Positions 57,828-64,000 of a stretch of DNA of 64,000 bases are shown here, piece after piece. Source of the DNA: Candidatus Dojkabacteria bacterium (GTDB lineage Bacteria; Patescibacteriota; Dojkabacteria; GCA-002793355); assembly GCA_030583825.1 (NCBI GenBank), contig CP129477.1, positions 10,259 to 74,258 on the forward strand. The letters are read 5' to 3'. Numbering within the stretch: the stretch's first letter is position 1; each line of letters opens with the position of its first letter. The translations under genes and the position numbers were made by a program. The notes beneath the pieces are model-generated. The model did not search any database. It was not told the DNA's origin and saw only the letters and a program-made list of their open reading frames with translations.

Positions 57828-59018
57828 CTATTGAGATTGTTTCGCTTCTTTTGTAACCTTCTCCACAACAGGATTCTTTTTACCAACCATTGCAATACCG
57901 ATAAAGCCTGCAACAACTAATCCTATCAATACAAAAGAAAGTAACGGTCTTGCAACTATCCAGGCAATTGCAATAACAACAGTTCCAGTAGTGAGAGTAA
58001 ATATAGTAGCTATAATAGAATTCCCGAAGCCGACAATTCTGCCAAATAATGGAATTACACTTACAAATACTCTCAATGGCTGCAATATCATATTAAACCC
58101 AATAAAAATCACAAGAAATCCAATTATTCTAAAGATAAAAGTCAATATTTTATTACCTTCAATCGCACCTTCAAACATGCTCTCTGCAGAGATATTCCCT
58201 ACGTTTATCATTGAAATTGTTTGATTATTTTTAGTCTTAAAAGGAATTACTGTATTACCACTTTGTGCGCCCATAACGCTTACTTCTTGAACAGGGATTA
58301 CTTCATATCGAATACGGGTATCGCCTATTTCTGGCTTTGTTGGATCTACAACGCTGTAATAGATTGTATTAGAAACAACATTAATTTTTTCTTGCTCTTC
58401 ATAAGAGAGCGCATTAAACATTTCTTGTGTTAAAGGAAGTTGAGTCCAGCCAGATAGGTTTTTAATCATATCCTCAGGAATTGAAAACGCACCGACCGTA
58501 ACACTTTGAGCAACGATATCTTTATTTTCAAACAACTTCTCATTTGGATTTTGATGTGTTTCTGCTTCTTTAAAATTCGCCGAGCTAATAACTTGGTCAG
58601 ACCATTTTTTCTCATATGAATATGTTGTCGTTGTTTCTGTTCCGCCACCAAGTTTCTCCGTTGTTTTGCTTGATGATTTCTCTGACCACTGATATACCTC
58701 TACAATTCGTCTCAATCGTAAAGATTCAGAGGATATTAGAAATTCAGCGTCAGAAATGACTCCTGAAGTTGTAGTATTGCCTGAAAAATGAACAAGTTTT
58801 CCTTCGTTTGCTGAGTTTATATTTTCTGCCGAGACAGAATTCACTACGGAAGATCCCTCTATTAGGCTTTCGTATGTCTGTACAGCTCTTCCTTCGTTCC
58901 AGAAGATAAAAATGATAGCTCCAATAATGAAGAGCACTCCGAGAATAACCCCCTTTACTGAGGATCCTATTCTAGAAAACCATGAAGTATTTGTTGTGAC
59001 AGTGCTCATAGGAGACAA
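57828..59018 (-). CDS. Membrane protein with a TMEM43/DUF1625-like architecture.
   Basis: 396 aa. An N-terminal TM, a large extracytoplasmic domain of about 250 aa, and 3 C-terminal TM helices. Confidence 0.3.
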   Translation of the reverse strand: MSPMSTVTTNTSWFSRIGSSVKGVILGVLFIIGAIIFIFWNEGRAVQTYESLIEGSSVVNSVSAENINSANEGKLVHFSGNTTTSGVISDAEFLISSESLRLRRIVEVYQWSEKSSSKTTEKLGGGTETTTTYSYEKKWSDQVISSANFKEAETHQNPNEKLFENKDIVAQSVTVGAFSIPEDMIKNLSGWTQLPLTQEMFNALSYEEQEKINVVSNTIYYSVVDPTKPEIGDTRIRYEVIPVQEVSVMGAQSGNTVIPFKTKNNQTISMINVGNISAESMFEGAIEGNKILTFIFRIIGFLVIFIGFNMILQPLRVFVSVIPLFGRIVGFGNSIIATIFTLTTGTVVIAIAWIVARPLLSFVLIGLVVAGFIGIAMVGKKNPVVEKVTKEAKQSQ

Positions 59019-59387
59019 TATTTAGCTTATTCACTAATAGTATAAGAATCTATCTAATGAATCAAACTGTTCTTGCTCAGGCTTCTTCGTCTCGTTAATC
59101 AAAATCGGGGCGATCGTACTATGTACGAACGACTACTTCCTTCTATTGATAAGATTATCTCATGTTTTAAAGAGTTTGAGTATAAGTGGAAGTTCTTATT
59201 AGAGCTTCCTACCTTGGATTTAAATTGTTAGGGCGATTGTTATGATTTATAAAAGAGGGAAAGGTGCTAGTGTTTATTATAGTTCTGGGTTTAGGAATTA
59301 TGGGTGCTTAACGAGTATGATTTTCTTACCGTTTCAGATAATTCTATATGCGTTGCTTTATGTTATAAAACCTCACAGGAAAAATCC

Positions 59388-60749
59388 TCAATGAGTTATT
59401 CTTTCTTTAGCAAATTTTTCAAGTAATACACCGCTTGGATGATATGCAAGCGATACTAATTTATTCGCAAGTGCTATTGGTAAAAGTGAATTGTCAAACA
59501 TATCGCATTTAAGCTTATCTATAGTACTCAATATTGACTTAAGATTTTTAAAATCATTTTCCTGAGGGTCTAGCACAATACGTTCATTTTTGACTGGTAT
59601 TGTAACCACATATACACGACCTGATTGAGATTTATAAATAACCTTACCTCCGTAATATGATGTTCTAGCATATGGTTCAATACTATCACCACTTTTAGGA
59701 AGTATATATTTGTAAATATATTTATTACTTAAAAGTAAACATTGACCATTTTTCAATAACGAATTGTAATCCTGAATATCTTTTGTAATTTCTAAGGCAT
59801 GTTCTACAAATGCTCCACTTTTCTCTAAACCTGCAATAAACAAGTTATGCTTATCTGCAAGATAATTACACAAAGATCGGAATGGTTTATGCATATTGGC
59901 TGTTTGCCCGAAAAAAGCGAGAGGCCCATCTTTTAAGAAGAATAGCTTGTTCAATAAGGAGGGTTGTTGCTCCAAAATATATTTTATATAGTGAGCCATC
60001 ACTATTTGTTCAATTAGTGTGGTTACATAGCCTAATATTCCGCCAGCACCTATTTCATCATCAACTGCCTCATGTAATCTAAATATATCGATTAAGAATA
60101 GCTCGTTATCACAATTGTTGCATTTAAAAGAAAAATCATCTCCGATTTTTTCTCGTTCAATTTTAATGTTTCTAGTCGAACAATGAGGGCAATTAGCAAG
60201 AACATAATTCGATTTTGGTTCTTCAAGGAATTCTTCAAATACAAGCCATTTTAATGTCGTATAAAAATCACGCTTATCCCGTTTGAGAAGAAAGAACTGA
60301 TGAATTGTTTTTCTGATAGAATCAGTTAGAGAACCTGCATCAGAATAAACCATATTCTTAATAGGTAAGACCAATTTGAACCGTTCTAACTGCTTAAATT
60401 TCGCCATATCTTCTGGGAATATGAATTCAGAATCGCTTATCTCTTGAAGATGCTCCAAATCAAAAAACAACGCCCCGAATTGAAAAAAAGCTATTTTAGA
60501 AGAAGGAAACTTTTTCTTTACAATTGCTTCTGTGTATCCTCCATCAATTGCAATTACATGTTGCAGATCACTTGCAACTCCCCCAATGTCAATTAGAGGA
60601 GTAACATCGGTTTCGAGAACCTCAGTTTGCTCTTTTGGCAAAGCACAAGTTGATAAATAATCTGAAACTGTAGGATCATTTATCACATGTGAGTGTGAAC
60701 TTTTACTCGCATATTCATTTGGTCTGTTAGAGTTTGATGTGTATGACAT
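59388..60749 (-). CDS. NurA-like (RNase H-fold) nuclease candidate with an inserted Zn-ribbon.
   Basis: 453 aa. HVIAIDGGYTEA (NurA motif I hhhaiDGS), CPHCS...CNNCD (four Cys), and later KDGPLAF (DG.L motif II-like). It lies 2 bp downstream of the HerA-like gene. Confidence 0.35.
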   Translation of the reverse strand: MSYTSNSNRPNEYASKSSHSHVINDPTVSDYLSTCALPKEQTEVLETDVTPLIDIGGVASDLQHVIAIDGGYTEAIVKKKFPSSKIAFFQFGALFFDLEHLQEISDSEFIFPEDMAKFKQLERFKLVLPIKNMVYSDAGSLTDSIRKTIHQFFLLKRDKRDFYTTLKWLVFEEFLEEPKSNYVLANCPHCSTRNIKIEREKIGDDFSFKCNNCDNELFLIDIFRLHEAVDDEIGAGGILGYVTTLIEQIVMAHYIKYILEQQPSLLNKLFFLKDGPLAFFGQTANMHKPFRSLCNYLADKHNLFIAGLEKSGAFVEHALEITKDIQDYNSLLKNGQCLLLSNKYIYKYILPKSGDSIEPYARTSYYGGKVIYKSQSGRVYVVTIPVKNERIVLDPQENDFKNLKSILSTIDKLKCDMFDNSLLPIALANKLVSLAYHPSGVLLEKFAKERITH

Positions 60750-60750
60750 A

Positions 60751-62766
60751 TTACTTATCTGCTAAAAACCTATCAATCTGGACAGGAACAACAAATGGAT
60801 TAGTATATGTTTTTACTCTTACAAAGCCCTTATCACTATCTGAACTAAATCTTACAAGAGAATCAGCAAAATCCGAGAAATCATAATATTTTCTCAACTC
60901 CCTTATTTCTTCCTCATTGTTAAGATGTGCGATAAACCAATTTTGAGTATTTTTCAAAATATTTGCACTAATAGAGCTGACCTCTTGGGTAGCATATATT
61001 AAACCTAAGTTAAGTTTTGCACCTTCTTTAGCAATTCTATTGTAGATTTGGCTAAGATCTTTCTCGTCTTTTTTAGGGAATAGATTATGTGCTTCTTCAA
61101 AATAGAACTGGATAAAATTCGTTAGTTTGCTTTCAATGAATTTATTCATTGAATCCTCAAAGATCTTCCTACATATTCTTTCTGAATAAAGATTTTGTAT
61201 TTCTGGATCTCCCTGCGACAGATCAACAATGACGATCTCACCCTTTCGCAGGCTTTCTATTACTTTATCCTCGAAAGGTTTATCTGCAACACTCGTATGT
61301 AATTTAATTAGTGGTTTTAGTTTATGATATCCACTTACAAAACTGGATGAGCCAGCCTGTTTTTTACGTGTGAGAAATATGATTATCGACTTCAATTCTT
61401 CATCTGCCCATTCTTTCCCTTTTTCAGTCTTATATTTTTTTAGGTAATCAATCTCGTCATATTTATCCCAAAGTTGACTAAACCAAATAACTGCATCATC
61501 AAGTGAGATTCCTTTTGATGGATCAATAGGACTAGATTCCCTAACAGCTTTATTTATATCCGCTTGTCCACTAAAGGAGACTTTGAAATTAGATGGTAAA
61601 GAAAATCCCGCTTGAAACAAGCAACATTGATATGCAGCAACTTTTCTATCATACCTTACCTTCACGCTCATATCTTGATCATAATCCTCTGGCTTTTCCA
61701 AGTTAATAGATAGAAAACCGTTAAGATAATCCGAACTTTCACCAATTTCTTTGAAATGCCTTTGAATTAAAGAAAATCCTGATAAAACTTCTGTATAAAA
61801 ATTGACTTTCATTACATTAAAGCCTTCTTTCTCTAATACGCTGTACCTAGTTACTTGTTCCTTATAAAGTTCATAAATGGCAGTACCTTCATCCTGTTGA
61901 TTAGCATTTGCATACTCCCCATTAATGTCAAAAATAATCTGCCCGACTTTTTGTCGTGGAGCTGACCCCTCAAAATTATCTGTACCAGAATCACTATCAT
62001 CTTGAGTATTTTTAGCTTTTGATGATATTTCCTGTGTTGCTTCAATTATCTTCTTAAGGGTATTAGATTTTCCTGTTCTAGTCATACCGAATAATGCAGT
62101 TCTCTTGCCTAAGAAGTCCTTTGGGTTAATATAGACTTCAACATCTTCTTGATCATATTGAAATCTTCTACTAGAACTATATCTTACCTTTCCAATTGGA
62201 AAGTCATATTGACTTCCGACAATATCATCCTTGCTTCTTAGGTTGACGATATATCGAAGCACGTCACCACTTGCCTTATAAACAACATAGTTGTTCGCTG
62301 AATAGAAGTTCTCAACATCTGCACCAAACTCTATTCGTTCTTTACCCTCTTCACCAATTTTATAAAATGTACCTAAAATCCTACACTCAAGACCTGAAAA
62401 ACTAAATTCATATCGTGTAAAAGTATCTAATTTGCTCTGTTGTCCATTCGTAATATCAACGTTATCTTTGTAATACTCAATCATTGAACTAACGACATCA
62501 TTATCTGTTGGTAGCTTAGATGGAGCTATTGCTCTTAAAAGTAAAGCTTCTTTCCTGTCAGGATCAGAATCACCTGTATAAAAAGCTAATAAAAAAGAAC
62601 CATGAGGAATACCACCTGCTCTATGCTTCCAAGCATCTGAGATTAATATTTGAGCCTTTGAATAATCTAAATAATATGGTTTCCCAACTAAAAAATTCTC
62701 GTTTATTCCTTTCTTTAGAATATCTATTGATAATATTTGATCAATTTTGTCTTCGATTAATGCCAT
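60751..62766 (-). CDS. HerA/FtsK-superfamily ATPase (HerA-like helicase or translocase).
   Basis: 671 aa. N-terminal barrel region, Walker A ALFGMTRTGKSNTL, IIFDINGEY (HerA vLifDpHGEY), Walker B FYFEEAHNLFP (DEAH-like), and LGLIYATQEVSSI. Confidence 0.65.
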   Translation of the reverse strand: MALIEDKIDQILSIDILKKGINENFLVGKPYYLDYSKAQILISDAWKHRAGGIPHGSFLLAFYTGDSDPDRKEALLLRAIAPSKLPTDNDVVSSMIEYYKDNVDITNGQQSKLDTFTRYEFSFSGLECRILGTFYKIGEEGKERIEFGADVENFYSANNYVVYKASGDVLRYIVNLRSKDDIVGSQYDFPIGKVRYSSSRRFQYDQEDVEVYINPKDFLGKRTALFGMTRTGKSNTLKKIIEATQEISSKAKNTQDDSDSGTDNFEGSAPRQKVGQIIFDINGEYANANQQDEGTAIYELYKEQVTRYSVLEKEGFNVMKVNFYTEVLSGFSLIQRHFKEIGESSDYLNGFLSINLEKPEDYDQDMSVKVRYDRKVAAYQCCLFQAGFSLPSNFKVSFSGQADINKAVRESSPIDPSKGISLDDAVIWFSQLWDKYDEIDYLKKYKTEKGKEWADEELKSIIIFLTRKKQAGSSSFVSGYHKLKPLIKLHTSVADKPFEDKVIESLRKGEIVIVDLSQGDPEIQNLYSERICRKIFEDSMNKFIESKLTNFIQFYFEEAHNLFPKKDEKDLSQIYNRIAKEGAKLNLGLIYATQEVSSISANILKNTQNWFIAHLNNEEEIRELRKYYDFSDFADSLVRFSSDSDKGFVRVKTYTNPFVVPVQIDRFLADK

Positions 62767-62771
62767 GCTTT

Positions 62772-63752
62772 TTAATTTAATAATTTAAGTTTTGTTGTTT
62801 TTAACTCTGGATCTTGCAATCTAATTTTGGCTTGTTCACTATATTCATCTGAGATATCGATGCTAACCCATTTTCGATTCAATCTCTCAGCACAATAACC
62901 AGTAGTATTACTACCTGCAAAGGGATCAAAAACAAGATCATTTTTATCAGTTAAGAACTCTATAAAAAATGAAGCCAGTTGTGATGACATTCTCGCAGGA
63001 TGGGGTTTAATTTCTTTTTGCCTACATGCCTTTAAAAAGTAATCATTTGAACTAGTATTAGCAAAACTCATAATATTTTGAGGTAGTCTTAAATCCCTCT
63101 CAGGATCAATTTGTTCAAATTCTAGCAAATTATGCATTATGCTTCCTCCGTTATCAGAAAGAAAACTCTTTTCTCCAATAACATGTTCTGATGGTCTTTT
63201 CCCAGAGTTATACTTCTTTTTTTTCAACAGTCGTTTCATGCTTTGACTATATGGTCTCAATATCTTAGTATTATCTGCCTTGGGAAAATCCGATTTTGAC
63301 ATCCACCAAACATGAGTATAACTATCAACTGTCCTAATTCTATTAACTGTGACCCATTGTGCTGGGGAAGGTAATCTGGAAGGGTTATAACAAATGAATT
63401 CTTGACACAATCTTAGGTCTGCATCTTTACTTCCAACAAAAGCTAGTAAGGACTCAAGGTGTAACAATGACTGTACAGGTCGCCCAGGCTCCCAAGCATT
63501 ACCTAATTCTATTATGATCGATCCGTTTGGAGCTAAAAGATCAGCAAAAAGAGGTGAAAGTTCTGCAAACCATTTTTTATATTCTTCGCCCTGTTTATTC
63601 CCATACTTCTTTTTACTATTCAACGGAAAAGGAGGTGAGGTAAGTATAAGTTGTACCTTGCCTTTAAACTTTTTCCCAAAAGCCCCTTTAATGTTTTTTA
63701 TGGAATCACCAATATAATATTCTCCTAGTTTTGTTTTATATAGTTTATTCAT
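62772..63752 (-). CDS. Beta-class DNA methyltransferase (N4-cytosine or N6-adenine; the SPPF motif favours m4C).
   Basis: Motif IV LILTSPPFPL is N-terminal, and motif I VFDPFAGSNTTG is C-terminal. This order is typical of beta-group amino-MTases. It is 6 bp upstream of the HerA-like gene. Confidence 0.7.
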   Translation of the reverse strand: MNKLYKTKLGEYYIGDSIKNIKGAFGKKFKGKVQLILTSPPFPLNSKKKYGNKQGEEYKKWFAELSPLFADLLAPNGSIIIELGNAWEPGRPVQSLLHLESLLAFVGSKDADLRLCQEFICYNPSRLPSPAQWVTVNRIRTVDSYTHVWWMSKSDFPKADNTKILRPYSQSMKRLLKKKKYNSGKRPSEHVIGEKSFLSDNGGSIMHNLLEFEQIDPERDLRLPQNIMSFANTSSNDYFLKACRQKEIKPHPARMSSQLASFFIEFLTDKNDLVFDPFAGSNTTGYCAERLNRKWVSIDISDEYSEQAKIRLQDPELKTTKLKLLN

Positions 63753-63801
63753 TTTTTATCCTCAAGTCTTTTTAGTAGAAGGCTAATTAAAGATAAATAA
63801 T

Positions 63802-64000
63802 CTAATGCTTTTTGCATATCCCGTAAGCTACAATATCATGTCCTTTGGGATTTCTAACTCCCTGCATCACTCCCATAAAAATATGCATAAATCCTTCTTG
63901 TTCATCAATATCAGATTGAGATTTAAGGTCATTCAGCTTAATTTTAGGATTAGTCTGATTAAAAGCACTCGACATTAATGACTTACCATCCAATTCCAAT
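63802..64000 (-). CDS. 3' end of a gene running off the window. The encoded C-terminus carries an Rx4H (HEPN-like) motif.
   Basis: ...GVMQGVRNPKGHDIVAYGICKKH*. The Met shown in the ORF track is probably internal. The frame is open to the window edge. Confidence 0.25.
   Translation of the reverse strand, partial: LELDGKSLMSSAFNQTNPKIKLNDLKSQSDIDEQEGFMHIFMGVMQGVRNPKGHDIVAYGICKKH

Noticed and set aside
59242-59392. 51-codon hydrophobic ORF in the 370-bp junction.
   Set aside because: It is below any reasonable confidence. It has no RBS or conservation evidence and overlaps the stop of the NurA-like gene.
1-64000. CRISPR arrays, rRNA operons, integrases/transposases, prophage genes.
   Set aside because: Reading intergenic regions, I found no regularly spaced direct repeats. 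No ORF has integrase, transposase, capsid or terminase motifs. There are no rRNA-like stretches.

Overview
This 64 kb window looks like a small, reduced genome with standard genetic code: RF2/prfB is present and ORFs are intact. Archaeal-type ProRS, form II/III RuBisCO and a shortened rpsB-tsf-frr-rseP-proS block give it the flavour of Candidate Phyla Radiation/Patescibacteria. Most of the window is densely packed housekeeping genes: gatA-gatB-gatC, lepB, rpmA/rplU, truB, hrcA, tatD, mutS, gpmI, prfB, ftsE-ftsX plus an M23 peptidase, hpf, pth, ybeY, rpsU, proS, rseP, frr, tsf, rpsB, radC, topA, dprA, gltX, recJ, recA, RuBisCO, and four tRNAs. I found no rRNA, CRISPR array, integrase or transposase. 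Both ends look like accessory/defence DNA. On the left, a Type I RM methylase (hsdM) is followed by a partial RecF/ABC-like ATPase (AAA_15 / OLD-family class). A degenerate Fic-like gene sits divergently on the other side of hsdM. On the right, in a segment that looks AT-richer by eye (not computed), sits a tightly packed three-gene operon. It encodes a beta-class DNA methyltransferase with an SPPF motif, a HerA/FtsK-type ATPase and a NurA-like nuclease candidate carrying a Zn-ribbon. Upstream is a partial ORF with an Rx4H motif. I regard this trio as the best candidate for an undescribed, methylation-linked defence/RM-like system. Other oddities are a PEP-synthase-like protein whose phospho-His is replaced by Asp, and an M23 peptidase whose motif order is circularly permuted. 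There are also two OmpR-type regulators with pseudo-receiver domains and no kinase, an rpsB with a C-terminal HhH extension, and a gltX gene followed immediately by tRNA-Gln. All calls rest on by-eye motif recognition in the supplied translations, with no database searches.
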